Shown here: positions 30,469-41,797 of the stretch, piece by piece
How the letters are laid out: the number at the start of each line of letters is the position of its first letter
How positions within the stretch are numbered: the first letter of the stretch is position 1
Assembly: GCA_963747235.1 (NCBI GenBank)
Contig: CAVVEU010000004.1
Coordinates: 32,001 to 96,000 of the forward strand
Direction: 5' to 3'
DNA length: 64,000 nucleotides
Source of the DNA: an uncultured Candidatus Rokubacteria bacterium
GTDB taxonomy: Bacteria > Methylomirabilota > Methylomirabilia > Rokubacteriales > CSP1-6
Made by a program: the position numbers and the translations under genes
The notes under the pieces: model-generated
Told to the model about the DNA's origin: nothing
The model's input: the letters and a program-made list of their open reading frames with translations, nothing else
Database searches by the model: none

Positions 30469-31732
30469 ATGAAAGAGAACCTCCGCTTCGTCGATTCCGA
30501 CATGCACATCATGGAGCCGCCCGATCTCTTCGAGCGGTACCTGGATCCGAAGTTCCGCGACCGGGTGGTCCTGCCGATCGGAGCCGACGGCCGGCCGAAG
30601 CGCGGCACCATCGTGATCGACGGATTGCCGAGCACGATGGACGCCGAGATGCAGCAGTACCGCAAGCGCGGCCGCGGCGGGGCCGCGAGCGCGCACAGCA
30701 CGCAGCCGCTCTCCGGCTCGCGGCTGCAGGGGAGCGAACCGGCTCGACTTCGCGATCGAGCGCAACTACGACCCCGAGGCGCAGGTGATGGGCATGGCGA
30801 TCGAGGGCGTGGACATCGCGGTGCTCTACCCGACGACCGGCCTGAGCCTGCTCGCCCGCGACAACATGGATCCGCAGCTCTCGCTGGCGCTCTGCCGGGC
30901 CTACAACGACTGGATCCACGAGTTCTGCCGGTACAGCCCCGAGCGGCTCAAGTTCGTGGCCATGCTGCCGGTGCACGACGTGCACCTGGCCTGCCGGGAG
31001 CTGCACCGGTGCGTGCGCGAGCTGGGCGCGGTCGGGTCCTTCATCCGCCCGAACCTGCTCAACGGCCACTACTGGCACTCGAACTACTGGGATCCGCTCT
31101 ACAGCCTGCACGAGGAGCTCGACGTCACCTGGGGCTTCCACGAGGGGACCGGCGCCTGGAACTCGCACATGAACGTGCTCTACGGCGAGAACCGGTTCTA
31201 CCGCCACGTGGCCAGCCACTGGATCGAGATGCAGCAGGCGTTGATCGCGATGATCGTCGGCGGGGTGTTCGAGTTCCATCCGAAGCTGCGCGTCGGCTTC
31301 CTCGAAGCGCAGAACTCGTGGGTGCCCGGCATCCTGTCGCGCATCGAGTGGGACTACCCGCAGTACCGCGACACCCACGCGCCGTACCTCTCCCTGACGC
31401 CGAAGGAGTACTTCCGGCGGAACTGCTGGGCCGCGGTGGAGGGCAGCGAGCCCGAGATCGAGGCGACCGCGGGCCTGATCGGCGCCGACCGGATGTGCGT
31501 GTCCACCGACTACCCGCACTTCGACTCGAACTTCCCCAACGTGTCGGAGAACGTGCTCAAGAGCTGCTCGCGCGAGACCGCGGCGCAGATCCTGATGGGC
31601 GGGGCGCACCTCTACGGGTTCAGCGAGGCCGACTTCGCGAAGGCCGACGCGGCGGCGGCCGCGCACGCGGGCACGAACGGAGGGCCGGACGCGGCGCCCG
31701 CGAAGCGGCGAGGGGTAGCGGTCGGCGGCTAG
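30469..31732 (+). CDS. Amidohydrolase family (Amidohydro_2) protein (frameshift ~30735)
   Basis: DSDMHIMEP, RAYNDW, GFHEG, FLEA, STDYPHFD. Confidence 0.9.
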
Positions 31733-31742
31733 GCGCGGCGGG

Positions 31743-32819
31743 TCACGGCCCGGTCGTGACCCGCCCGTTCGCGGGCGCCATCGCGGGCGCCACCTGCTCC
31801 GCGAACAGGCGCATCGAGCGCAGGGCCAGGCTCGTGTCCAGGCCCGGCAGCGCCATCAGCAGCAGCACGTGCTGGTACCCGGTGGCGTCGAGATACTTCT
31901 GCAGGCCCTCGCGGACCTCGTCCGGCGTGCCGATCAGGGCCCAGCCGTCGTCGAGATATTCCCGGAAGGTGCGGAGCCGCAGCAGTGAGCGGTTGAACGA
32001 GCCGGGCACGGTGCCGCCGGTGGAGTCGGAGCGCAGGACCGACATCTTCCGCTGGTAGCCCATGAACGGGCCCTCGATGGCGCGCAGCGCTTCCTCGCGA
32101 GAGGGCGCCACGTGCACCACGCGCATCCCCCACGCCTGACGCTCCAGCGCCGCCACCTCGGCGTCCGACCGGCCGATCGCCAGCGACTCCTCGCGGTAGA
32201 GCTGATGCCGGCGCTGCAGCTCCTCGATCGGCACGAAGAACGAGGAGAGCGTGGGCAGGCCCAGGCGCGCGGCCGAGTGCACGCTGTCCTCGCTGTTGGC
32301 CGCGATGTAGAGCGGCGGGTGCGGCCGCTGCACCGGGCGCGGGCGCACGTGCAGGCGCTCGGCCGAGTGGAAGCGGCCCGCGAAGTCGAACGGCTCGCCG
32401 CTCCACGACTTCTGGATCAGCGTGATGCCTTCCTCGACGCGGGCCCGGCTGTCCTCGCGGTCGGACTGGAAGGTCTGGTAGTCCTGCAGCGTGCCGCCGC
32501 GCCCGATGCCCACGTCGAGCCGGCCCCCGCTCACCACGTCCAGCACCGCGAGCTGCTCGGCCAGGTCCACCGGGTGATGGAGCGGCAGCAGGCTCACGCC
32601 CATGCCGAGCCGCAGCGCGCGCGTGCGGGCGGCCAGGAACGCGGCGAGCACCGGCGGGACCGGGCAGAGGCCGTAGTCGTTGAAGTGGTGCTCGGCGATC
32701 CAGACCGACGAGTAGCCGAGCGATTCGGCGGCCAGCATCTGCTCGAGGCCCGAGTCGTAGACCGCCCGCTCGCTCCACTGGTCATCACGTTGCATGAGGT
32801 AGAAGAGTCCGAAGTCCAT
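31743..32819 (-). CDS. LLM-class flavin-dependent oxidoreductase
   Basis: WIAEHHF, AEQLAVLDVVSGGRLDVGIGRG, PRPVQRPHPP. Confidence 0.92.
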   Translation of the reverse strand: MDFGLFYLMQRDDQWSERAVYDSGLEQMLAAESLGYSSVWIAEHHFNDYGLCPVPPVLAAFLAARTRALRLGMGVSLLPLHHPVDLAEQLAVLDVVSGGRLDVGIGRGGTLQDYQTFQSDREDSRARVEEGITLIQKSWSGEPFDFAGRFHSAERLHVRPRPVQRPHPPLYIAANSEDSVHSAARLGLPTLSSFFVPIEELQRRHQLYREESLAIGRSDAEVAALERQAWGMRVVHVAPSREEALRAIEGPFMGYQRKMSVLRSDSTGGTVPGSFNRSLLRLRTFREYLDDGWALIGTPDEVREGLQKYLDATGYQHVLLLMALPGLDTSLALRSMRLFAEQVAPAMAPANGRVTTGP

Positions 32820-32955
32820 GGCGCGGTAGCATAGCTTGACTTTGGCGCTCGGGGTGCGGCATAGTCCCGGCACTCGGAGCCGGTGTAATGACGCATCGGC
32901 TCGAGTTCGCTCGAGGGGTCCTTTCCTTCACGAAGACGTGAGAAGGAGAGCCGCG

Positions 32956-34644
32956 ATGCCCTTCGATCGCCCGTCGCGAACCGGCTCAATCGCCGTACAT
33001 TCCTCACGCGTGCTGGATGGACCGGCCTGGGCGCCAGCGCCCTGGTCGCCGGCCCCGGCCGCCGCCGCGCCCTCGCCCAGGCGGGGGCCAAGTACCCCGA
33101 CTGGATTCCGGCCAGCACCAATCCGCCCAAGCGCGGCGGGGTGCTGACCCGCGCCTCCGCCTGGGATCCGCCGGTGATGGACCCGCGGCTGACCCAGTCG
33201 GTCGGCCTCTACCAGTTCGCGGGCCTCGTCGGCAGCCGGCTGGTCCGCTACGCGTTCCCGGACGAGATCACCGGCCCCTCCGACATGAGCCTCAAGGGCG
33301 ACCTCGCGGAGTCGTGGACGTCGACCCCGGACGCCCGCGTGTGGACCTTCAAGCTGCGCCAGGGCGTGAAGTGGCACAACGTGGCCGCCGCTCAACGGGC
33401 GCGAGTTCGTGGCCGCCGACGTCAAGTACTGCCTCGAGGCCTACGCGAAGGAGGGGGCGCAGTCCTTCACCTTCCAGGAGGTCGAGGGCATCGAGACGCC
33501 GGACAAGCACACCGTCCGCATCCACCTCAAGACGCCCAACGTGCTCTTCCCGCAGAACGTGGCGGAGCCGATCACGGTGATGTTCTCCCGCGAGGTGCTG
33601 GAGGAGGACGGCGATCTCAAGAAGCGCATGATCGGGACCGGCCCCTTCGTCCTGAAGGAGCACAACCGGAAGGTCCGGGTGGTGCTCACGCGCAATCCCG
33701 ACTACTGGGACAAGGGCCGCCCGTACGTGGACGAGTACGTGATCCTCTCGACCCCGGACGCGGCGACCCGCATGGCCGCGTTCCGCACCGGGCAGAGCGA
33801 CTTCATCTGGCTGGCGAGCCCCTCCGAGGTCGAGACGATCCGCAAGACGAACGCCAACGTGCAGGTGCACTCGTACCACAACACGCTGACGCCGTTCGGG
33901 ATCGCGCTGGCCCAGGACAAGCCGCCCTTCAACGACGTGCGCGTGCGCCGCGCGGTCTCGATGGCGATCGACCGGCAGAAGCAGGTGGACACCATCTTCG
34001 AGGGGCACGGCATCCTCGGCTGGGGCGTCCCCTACATCTACTACCAGGACAAGCCGCTCACCGCGGCCAGCTTCGGCCCGTGGTGGCAGTACCGCCCCGC
34101 GGAGGCCAAGAAGCTCCTGGCCGAGGCCGGGCACCCGAACGGCTTCGAGACCACCCTGTTCTACTACGAGTACTTCCCGCAGATGACCTCGCAGGTGCAG
34201 GTCGTGCAGCAGGATCTCAAGCGCAACCTCAACATCAACGTCAAGATCACCAAGCTCGACTACACGACCTACTACGGGCGCTACGTCGAGAGCAAGTGGG
34301 ACGGCATGGCGTGGGGCTTCCAGTCGGGGCACGCGATCGGCCTCGACGAGCGCACCTACCAGTACATGCACTCCAAGTCCACGAAGAACTTCTTCCGCGT
34401 CGCCGATCCGGTCATCGACGAGCTGACCACCAAGCTGCGCCAGACCCCGGGGCAGGCCGATCAGCGGGCGCTCACCAAGAAGATCGTGGACCGGGAGTTC
34501 GACCAGGTGCTCCGGATGTGGATGCCCTACGACAACGGGTTCCTGGTCTTCCAGCCGCACATGCGCAACGGGGCCGCGGCCGCCCTCCGGCGCACCGACG
34601 GCTACGGCTCCTCCACCATCTCGCGGGTCTGGCTGGACAAGTAG
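32956..34644 (+). CDS. Peptide/nickel ABC substrate-binding protein with Tat-like signal (frameshifts)
   Basis: LNRRTFL signal, PKRGGVL, GDLAESW, FKLRQGVKWH, IGTGPF, DVRVRRA. Confidence 0.88.
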
Positions 34645-34671
34645 GAGGCGCGGGGGCCGGGGCCGCGCGCG

Positions 34672-35623
34672 ATGTACAAGTACACGCTCCGCCGGTTCAT
34701 GCTGGCGGTCCCGGTCCTCCTGCTGTCCTCGCTGATCGTCTTCGGGCTGATGCGCGTCATGCCGGGGGACGCGCTCACCGCCCTCATGGGCGAGTCCGGC
34801 AATATCGGCGAGAAGGAGCTGCAGAAGCTCCGCATCGACCTCGGCCTCGACCGGCCGTACTACGAGCAGTACCTGCTCTGGCTCTGGCAGATGGTGAGCC
34901 TCCACCCCGGCGACTCGCATCTTCACCGGCGAGCCCATCACCACCAGCCTGGCCAAGGCGATCCCGGTCACCGTCGAGCTGGCCGCGCTCGCCATGATCC
35001 TCGGCCTGATCGTCGCGGTTCCGATCGGGGTGCTGTCGGCCACGCGGCAGGACACCGCGTCCGACTACGTGGGGCGGGTGGTGGCGGTGTCGGGCCTGTC
35101 GCTGCCCGACTTCTGGCTGGGCACGCTCGTCATCACCTTCGCGGCGATCTGGTTCCACTGGATCCCCGCGATCGGCTACGTGAGCTTCTGGGAGTCGCCG
35201 CTGCGCAACCTCCAGCAGTTCCTGCTGCCCGCCGCGGTGCTCGGCTTCCGCCTCTCCGCCGCGACCATGAGGATGACCCGTTCGACCGTGCTGGAAGTGC
35301 TGCGCGAGGACTACGTGCGCACCGCCTGGGCCAAGGGGCTCGAGGGCCGCATCGTGGTCTACAAGCACGCGCTCAAGAACGCGCTGATCCCGGTGGTGAC
35401 GATCGTGGGCGGCCAGCTCGGGGTGCTGCTGGCCGGGACGGTGATCGTGGAGACGATCTTCGCGCTGCCCGGCATGGGCCGGCTGACCGTGGAGGCGATC
35501 CTCTTCCGCGACTACCCGGTCGTGCAGACCAACGTGATGCTGGTGGCGGGCACCCTCGTCACCCTGAACCTGCTGGTGGATCTCACCTACGCGTGGCTCG
35601 ACCCGCGCATCCGGTACCAGTGA
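34672..35623 (+). CDS. Peptide ABC permease (OppB/DppB-like; frameshift ~34915)
   Basis: MPGDA, EDYVRTAWAKGL, HALKNAL, RDYPVVQ, LDPRIRY. Confidence 0.9.
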
Positions 35624-35636
35624 ACGAGGCCCCGCG

Positions 35637-36531
35637 ATGGCGGTGACCGCGCCCGCCGCCCACTTCGAGGCCGAGCCCACCGTCGAGCTCGGCCGCGCGC
35701 GGGCGCTCTGGACGGTGATGCGGCGCAAGCCGCTCGGGGCCGTCTCCGCCGCGCTCATCGCGGTGATCGTGCTGACCGCGATCTTCGCCGACGTGCTCGC
35801 GCCCTACGACCCGCTCGCCGCCCAGCCCGAGATCCGGCTCGCGGCCCCGAGCTGGGAGCACCCCTTCGGCACCGACGACATCGGGCGCGACGTCCTGAGC
35901 CGCGTCATCTACGGCAGCCGCATCTCGCTCTGGGTGGGCCTGCTCGCGGTCGGCATCGGGACGGTCGCGGGCATGATCATCGGGCTCCTGTGCGGCTACT
36001 GCGAGGGCCGCACCGATCTCGTGCTCCAGCGGATCATGGACGGCATCCAGGCGATCCCGGGGCTGGTGCTGGCGCTGGCCATCGTCTCGGTGCTCACGCC
36101 CAACACCACGAACGCGATGCTCGCGATCGCGATGGTGATCATTCCCGGCAACTCCCGCATCGTGCGCGGCGCGGTGCTGGCCGCCAAGCAGAACCGCTAC
36201 GTGGAGGCCGCGCAGGCCATCGGCTGCCGCCATCCGCGGATCATCCTGACCCACATCCTGCCCAACGTGACCGCGCCCATCCTGGTCATCGCGCTCCATC
36301 TGGCTCGGCAACGCGATCCTGATCGAGGCGTCGCTGTCGTTCCTCGGCGTGGGCACCCAGCCCCCGACGCCCTCGTGGGGGCTGATGCTCAGCAGCAGCG
36401 GGCGCGCCTTCATGGAGCAGGCGCCGTGGCTCGCGCTCTTTCCCGGCCTGGCGATCAGCCTGGCCGTCCTGGGGTTCAATCTCTTCGGCGACACGCTGCG
36501 GGACGCGTGGGATCCGAAGCTGCGAGGCTAA
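35637..36531 (+). CDS. Peptide ABC permease (OppC/DppC-like; frameshift ~36295)
   Basis: [39 protein letters not shown]. Confidence 0.9.
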
Positions 36532-36536
36532 GACCC

Positions 36537-38069
36537 ATGCGCGCTCTCGTGTCCGTGATCCTGGTGATCGTTCTGCTGCTCGGTGCCGGTCTCACCCCCG
36601 CGGCCGCCCAGGCCAAGCCGGAAGGGCGAGATGCGCTGGGCGCTCTACGTGACGCTCGCGCCCGCCTGGTTCGATCCGGCGGAGGTCGTCGGCGTGCTGA
36701 CCCCGTTCTGGGTGCTCAACGCGATGCACGACGCGCTCGTGAAGCCGATGCCCGGCAACCACCAGACCCCGAGCCTCGCCGAGTCGTGGAAGGTGAGCCC
36801 GGACGGGCTCGTGTACGAGTTCAAGCTGCGCGAGGGCCTCAAGTTCCACAACGGCGACCCGTTCACCGCCGAGGACGTGCGCTTCAGCTTCCACCGCGCC
36901 AAGGGCTCGAAGGTCCTGCAGGAGAAGGTACGCGACGTCGAGATCGCCGGGCCCTACCGGGTGCGCTTCCATCTCCACGAGCCGTGGCCCGACTTCATGA
37001 CCTTCTACGGGACCTACGCGACCGGCGCGGGCTGGATCGTCCCCAAGAAGTACATGGAGCAGGTGGGCCCCGACGGCTTCAAGAAGAACCCGGTCGGCCT
37101 CGGACCCTACAAGTTCGTCAGCCACACCCCGGGTATCGAGCTGGTGATGGAGGCCTACGAGGGCTACTGGCGCAAGATGCCGTCGGTCAAGCGGCTGGTC
37201 TACAAGAGCGTGCCGGAGGCCACCACGCGGCTGGCCATGCTCAAGCGCGGCGAGGTGGATCTGGCCTACCTCCTGGATGCTCCCGCAGGCCGAGGAGGTC
37301 AAGCGCGATCCCTCGCTCAAGCTCGCGTTCTCGGGCGGCATCGGGACGTTCTACCTCGACTACCTCGATCAGTGGGATCCCAAGTCGCCGTGGCACGATC
37401 GACGGGTGCGGCTGGCCGCCAGCCACGCGCTCGATCGCCGAGGCCCTCAGCGAGGCGGAGACGCTCGGTGCCTCCCGGCCGAACGGCAGCGTGATCCCGC
37501 GGACGTTCCAGTTCGCGCTCCCGCTCGACCCGCTCCCTACGATCCGGCGAAGGCGAAGCAGCTGCTGGCCGAGGCCGGGTATCCCAACGGCTTCGACGCG
37601 GGCGAGCTCTATCCGTGGCCGCCCGTACACCGCCTTCAGCGAGGCGGTCGGCGGCTACCTGGGCGCGGTCGGGATCAAGGTGCGCCTGCGGACCATGGAG
37701 CGGGCCGCCTTCTACTCGGCGCTGGCGTCGAAGAAGCTCAAGGGGCTCTGCGTCTGCATCAACGCGGTGTACGGCAACGCGGCCTCGCGCATGGCCCAGA
37801 CCGTCCCCAGCGACGGGGCCTTCGCCTACGGCGGCTATCCGGACATCGACGCGCTCTACAAGCAGCAGAGCCGCGAGACCGACCCCCGCAAGCGGGAGGC
37901 GCAGCTCCACCAGATCCAGCGCCTGCTCCACGAGCGGGTGCGCTTCGCGCCGATCATGGACTACATCTGGCCGAGCGGCGTGGGCCCCCGGGTGGCCGAG
38001 CCCGCGCTGATGCTGATCGATCCCTACCCGTGGTCGGCGCCCCTCGAGGACGTCCGGCTCAAGAAGTAG
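36537..38069 (+). CDS. Peptide ABC substrate-binding protein (several frameshifts)
   Basis: Signal peptide, SLAESW, FKLREGLKFHNGDPFTAEDV, PVGLGPY, AKQLLAEAGYPNGF. Confidence 0.87.
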   Translation: MRALVSVILVIVLLLGAGLTPAAAQAKPEGRDALGALRDARARLVRSGGGRRRADPVLGAQRDARRAREADARQPPDPEPRRVVEGEPGRARVRVQAARGPQVPQRRPVHRRGRALQLPPRQGLEGPAGEGTRRRDRRALPGALPSPRAVARLHDLLRDLRDRRGLDRPQEVHGAGGPRRLQEEPGRPRTLQVRQPHPGYRAGDGGLRGLLAQDAVGQAAGLQERAGGHHAAGHAQARRGGSGLPPGCSRRPRRSSAIPRSSSRSRAASGRSTSTTSISGIPSRRGTIDGCGWPPATRSIAEALSEAETLGASRPNGSVIPRTFQFALPLDPLPTIRRRRSSCWPRPGIPTASTRASSIRGRPYTAFSEAVGGYLGAVGIKVRLRTMERAAFYSALASKKLKGLCVCINAVYGNAASRMAQTVPSDGAFAYGGYPDIDALYKQQSRETDPRKREAQLHQIQRLLHERVRFAPIMDYIWPSGVGPRVAEPALMLIDPYPWSAPLEDVRLKK

Positions 38070-38404
38070 GCGGCCAGGGCCAGCGCCGCGGGCAGGAACT
38101 GGGTGGCCAGGATCGACGTCTTCGCGGTGAGGCCGCCGAAGATGCCCGCGATCGCCACGCAGGCGAGGAAGAACACGGTGATCCGCCGCTCGCCCCGGCC
38201 GAGCCCCCAGAAGAGCCCCGCCGCGAGGAAGCCGTTGTAGAGCCCCTGATTCGCGGCGAGCACCCGCGAAACGGCGGATACTTCAGGGGTCATGTTGAAG
38301 ATCTTCCGGCCCACCGGGTGGTCCCAGAAGAACATCTCGAGCACCATGATCCCGACGTGCTCCAGGGCCACGAGTCCGGCCAGTAGCTTCGCGACGGTGC
38401 GCAT
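38024..38404 (-). CDS. DUF1304 family membrane protein
   Basis: EHVGIMVLEMFFW, ANQGLYNGFLA. Confidence 0.85.
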   Translation of the reverse strand: MRTVAKLLAGLVALEHVGIMVLEMFFWDHPVGRKIFNMTPEVSAVSRVLAANQGLYNGFLAAGLFWGLGRGERRITVFFLACVAIAGIFGGLTAKTSILATQFLPAALALAAYFLSRTSSRGADHG

Positions 38405-38419
38405 GCCGACCGCCGCGGG

Positions 38420-38899
38420 TCAGGCGCCGACGGTCTTGCGGATGCTGCCGAGATGGTCGTTCATGTGGTTGATGAGGATGCCCTCGACGATCTGCTGGGT
38501 GGTCATGGCGGGCATGCCGGTGAGGACGGTCCCGCTCTGGTCGAGCTCGGCATCGGAGAGCGCCCGCACCCCCGCCGCCGCGACCGCGGCGCCCTTCTCG
38601 TGGAGCGCGAGCGTCTCCGCCTTGGTGCAGCCGGCATGCTCGCGCGCGTGGGTCGCGTTCATCTCGTCGAGCATCGTCGTGGTAAAGTTTGGAATCGACT
38701 TGCCGGTCGCGATGGTCTTCACGATACCCAGGATCGCCTCGTGCCCGCGCGCGAGGTGATGCGCGGTGACCCCCACCGGCCACTTCTCGGCCGCGGTGAT
38801 CTTCTTCCAGTCGGCGTCGGAGAGCTTGGCGATGACCCCGGTCATCTCGGTGGCTTTGGCTTCGAACTGCTTGGCCAGTGACTCGGCGCGTGCGCCCAT
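38420..38899 (-). CDS. DinB/YfiT-like protein
   Basis: WPVGVTAHHL, NHMNDHLGSI His triad; AGGAGG RBS. Confidence 0.82.
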   Translation of the reverse strand: MGARAESLAKQFEAKATEMTGVIAKLSDADWKKITAAEKWPVGVTAHHLARGHEAILGIVKTIATGKSIPNFTTTMLDEMNATHAREHAGCTKAETLALHEKGAAVAAAGVRALSDAELDQSGTVLTGMPAMTTQQIVEGILINHMNDHLGSIRKTVGA

Positions 38900-38928
38900 G
38901 GCGTGCCTCCTAGAAAGAGAGTGATGTC

Positions 38929-39105
38929 ATGAAGAACGTGGAGATGACAGTAGCCGGAAACATCCTGACGATCAAGGTGGACCTCACCAAGGAGTTCGGG
39001 CCGTCCGCGTCGGGCAAGACCATCATCATCGCCTCCACCGAGGGCAACATCACGATTCCGGAGCGGGAGGAGAAGGTGGGGCTGAACGTGTACCGGAAGA
39101 AGTGA
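38929..39105 (+). CDS. 58-aa small beta-rich protein
   Basis: MKNVEMTVAGNILTIKVDLTKEFGPSASGKTIIIASTEGN...VGLNVYRKK; strong codon bias; missed by ORF track. Confidence 0.8.
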   Translation: MKNVEMTVAGNILTIKVDLTKEFGPSASGKTIIIASTEGNITIPEREEKVGLNVYRKK

Positions 39106-40366
39106 GCGCGCGCCGGAGCGGGCCGCGCAGACGGCCGGGCGTCACGCGGCCGAGCGTGACGCGGTCCGCGCCGACGAAGACGGCCAGCGAGGCCAGCGCG
39201 TCGGCCAGCTCCGTCAGCACCTGATCGCGGTCCACCTCCCCCCAGCCGGCGGGGGGCGCCTCGCCCCGGGCGAGCCACCGCTCGAAGTGCACGTGGCGGA
39301 CTTCCAGCCACCGGGCGACGCGATGGGCCTTGGCGTCCAGCCGTCCGATGAGGTGGCCGTGGTGGAGGATGGGGAGCGTGTAGTAGCCGTGCACGCGCTT
39401 CGGGCCCGGAGTGTAGACCTCGATGCGGTAGTCGAAGCCGAAGAGCCGCGAGACCCGGTCGCGGTGCCAGAGCAGCGAGTCGAAGGGCGCGAGCAGGGTG
39501 GTCCCGTCCGAGACCATCCGCCGCCGGCCCGCGCGGCGCAACGCGGGCAGGTCGCGCGTCAGCACGAGCCAGCGGCCGATTCGGCCCTTCACCGCGATCT
39601 CGGTCACGAGGCCCTCGGCCACCATCGCGCGCAGCGCGGCCCGGCGGCCGGCGGGCGCCAGGCGCGGGTAGGTGAGATAGCGGCTCAGGTCGAGCTCGGT
39701 GGCCGCGCCCATGGCGTGGAGCGATCGCTCAACGTGCCAGCGGAGGAACTGCTCGGCCGACACCGGCTCCACCGTGGGGGCCGCGACCGCGCGCTCGAGG
39801 AGATCGTAGCGCTTCTGGAAGTGCCGGCGCGAGTGCACGGTGAGCACGCCGGTCATCCAGAGATAGTGGATCGCGTGCTGGACCGGCCGCCAGTTCCACC
39901 AGCCGCTGCTGCCGCGGCGGGGGCGGCTCTCCTCCAGGTCGCCGTGGCTCATCGGGCCATTGGCGCGGATGGTCTCGGTCACCAGGGCGAGGAGCTTGGT
40001 GTTGCGCCGCAGCCAGGTGGACCAGCCGGTGTGCCGCCGCCGGTAGTCGAGCATCGCGCGCCGCCACCAGGGCAGCATCGAGGCGGGCACGAGACAGGCC
40101 GCGTGGGCCCAGTACTCGAGGAAGAGCCGGCGGCGATAGACCAGCCGATCGAGGCGCGGCCGGTCGTAGGGGCCGAACCGGCTCCAGACCGTGAGGTAGT
40201 GGGCGCGGTCGAGCACGTTGATGGAGTCCATCTGCAGGCCGCCCACGTCCTCGACGAAGCGCGTCAGCCGCGCGGGGGTGAGCCGGTGGGCGCGGGGCCG
40301 GGTCAGGTGCTGCCGCTCCAGGAACAGGGCGGTCACCGCGCGGAGCGGGAAGACGGGGTGCGTCAT
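39050..40366 (-). CDS. YcaQ/AlkZ-family winged-helix DNA crosslink repair glycosylase
   Basis: LQMDSINVL (QxD), EYWAHAAC, LLAPFDSLLW, FDYRIEVY, RVHGYY, GRLD. Confidence 0.9.
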   Translation of the reverse strand: MTHPVFPLRAVTALFLERQHLTRPRAHRLTPARLTRFVEDVGGLQMDSINVLDRAHYLTVWSRFGPYDRPRLDRLVYRRRLFLEYWAHAACLVPASMLPWWRRAMLDYRRRHTGWSTWLRRNTKLLALVTETIRANGPMSHGDLEESRPRRGSSGWWNWRPVQHAIHYLWMTGVLTVHSRRHFQKRYDLLERAVAAPTVEPVSAEQFLRWHVERSLHAMGAATELDLSRYLTYPRLAPAGRRAALRAMVAEGLVTEIAVKGRIGRWLVLTRDLPALRRAGRRRMVSDGTTLLAPFDSLLWHRDRVSRLFGFDYRIEVYTPGPKRVHGYYTLPILHHGHLIGRLDAKAHRVARWLEVRHVHFERWLARGEAPPAGWGEVDRDQVLTELADALASLAVFVGADRVTLGRVTPGRLRGPLRRALTSSGTRSAPPSPPAPES

Positions 40367-40448
40367 CGCCCTGGAGGGTATCAGCCTGGAGGGGCCGCTC
40401 AAGGTGTAAGATGAGATCCGGATCACGATGACGTCCAGGAGGGCGGGT

Positions 40449-40871
40449 ATGAAGAAGCTGATGGCGGGGTGTCTGGTACTCGCGGTGCTGCTCACGATCA
40501 CGCTCGCGCCGAGCGATGCCTCGGCCGGCGGTCGCTTCCATCGTGGCGGCGGTCACATCGGATTCTGGGGCCCCGGTCTCTTCCTCGGCGGCCTCGCCCT
40601 GGGCGCGGCAGTCTCCGCTCCGTATCGCTACGGCTACCCGTACTACTACGGCTACGGTTACGGCCCCGACTACTACTATGCCCCGCCTCCCGCGGTGGTC
40701 TACCAGCAGGCGCCGCCCGCCTACGCGGCGGCCCCGGCCCCGGTGCAGCGCGAGGTGGTGTACGCGCACGGCAAGTACGTGCTCTACGGCGACGGCGTGT
40801 CGCAGGCCTGGCAGTGGGTGTGGGTGCCCAACGCCCCGGCCAGCCCGCCTCCGCCCCCGCCGGCGCGCTAG
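40449..40871 (+). CDS. Secreted Pro/Tyr/Gly-rich protein
   Basis: Signal peptide, Gly-zipper-like GLALGAA, PYYYG/PPP tracts; AGGAGG RBS. Confidence 0.75.
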   Translation: MKKLMAGCLVLAVLLTITLAPSDASAGGRFHRGGGHIGFWGPGLFLGGLALGAAVSAPYRYGYPYYYGYGYGPDYYYAPPPAVVYQQAPPAYAAAPAPVQREVVYAHGKYVLYGDGVSQAWQWVWVPNAPASPPPPPPAR

Positions 40872-40901
40872 CACCCGCCCGCCTCACTCGTCGTCCCGGC
40901 C

Positions 40902-41786
40902 ATGCGACTCAGCGGTAGGGTCGCGCTCGTCACGGGCGCCCAGCAGGGTATCGGCCGGGCCATCGCCATCGCGCTGGGACGAGACGGCGCCGACGTCTGC
41001 GTCAACTTCCTGGATGACCGCGGGGCCGCGGAGCGCGTGGCCGCCGAGATCCGGACCCACGGCGGCAAGGCGATGATCGTCGCGGGCGACGTCGCGCGGA
41101 GCCAGGACGTCGCGGCGATCATGGCGGCGGCGACCGCGGAGCTGGGCACGCCCGACATCCTCGTCAACAACGCGGGGGTCTTCCCGCGCGCCCCGTTTCT
41201 CGAGCTGGCCGAGGCGGAGTGGGATCACGTGCTCGGGGTGAACCTCAAGGGCGGCTTCCTCTGCGCCCAGGCGGCGGCCCGCGCGATGGTGGCGGCGGGC
41301 AAGCCGGGCGCGATCATCAACATCTCGTCCTCCGCGATCCGCGGCGACGCGCGCGGCGTGCACTACTCGGCCAGCAAGGCGGGCGTGCTCGGCATGACCC
41401 GCGCGATGGCCCTGGCCCTGGCGCCGCACCGCATCCGCGTCAACGCCATCGCTCCCGGCCTGACCGACACGCAGCAGCCCCGCTACGGCAATACCGAGGA
41501 GCAGATCGCGGCGCGCGCGCAGGAGATCCCACTCGGCCGCATGGCCCAGCCCGAGGAGATCGCGCGGGTCGCCGTGTTCCTGGCCTCCGACGACGCGGCG
41601 TTCATCACCGGCGAGCTCATCCACGCCAACGGCGGCGCGTATCTAGCGTTGAGCTCGGAGGGGGGCTGCGCCCCCCTTCCGGACCTCCCCCCAAGCGGAT
41701 GCGCGGGCGAAGCCCGCGCTCGGAGCGGCCGAGCTGTCGGTGAGGTCGACGCGATCCGTTGGTGTCGGGACGGACTCCTGGCGTAG
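40902..41786 (+). CDS. SDR oxidoreductase (homology ends ~41650; the extension is repeat-derived)
   Basis: TGAQQGIG, NNAG, YSASK, APGLTDT, ANGG. Confidence 0.88.
   Translation: MRLSGRVALVTGAQQGIGRAIAIALGRDGADVCVNFLDDRGAAERVAAEIRTHGGKAMIVAGDVARSQDVAAIMAAATAELGTPDILVNNAGVFPRAPFLELAEAEWDHVLGVNLKGGFLCAQAAARAMVAAGKPGAIINISSSAIRGDARGVHYSASKAGVLGMTRAMALALAPHRIRVNAIAPGLTDTQQPRYGNTEEQIAARAQEIPLGRMAQPEEIARVAVFLASDDAAFITGELIHANGGAYLALSSEGGCAPLPDLPPSGCAGEARARSGRAVGEVDAIRWCRDGLLA
41657..41720. repeat. Double-hairpin REP-like element (family B)
   Basis: GGAGGGGGG-ctgcg-CCCCCCTTCC followed by GCGCGGGC-gaa-GCCCGCGC. Confidence 0.65.
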
Positions 41787-41797
41787 AATCCTGGCCC

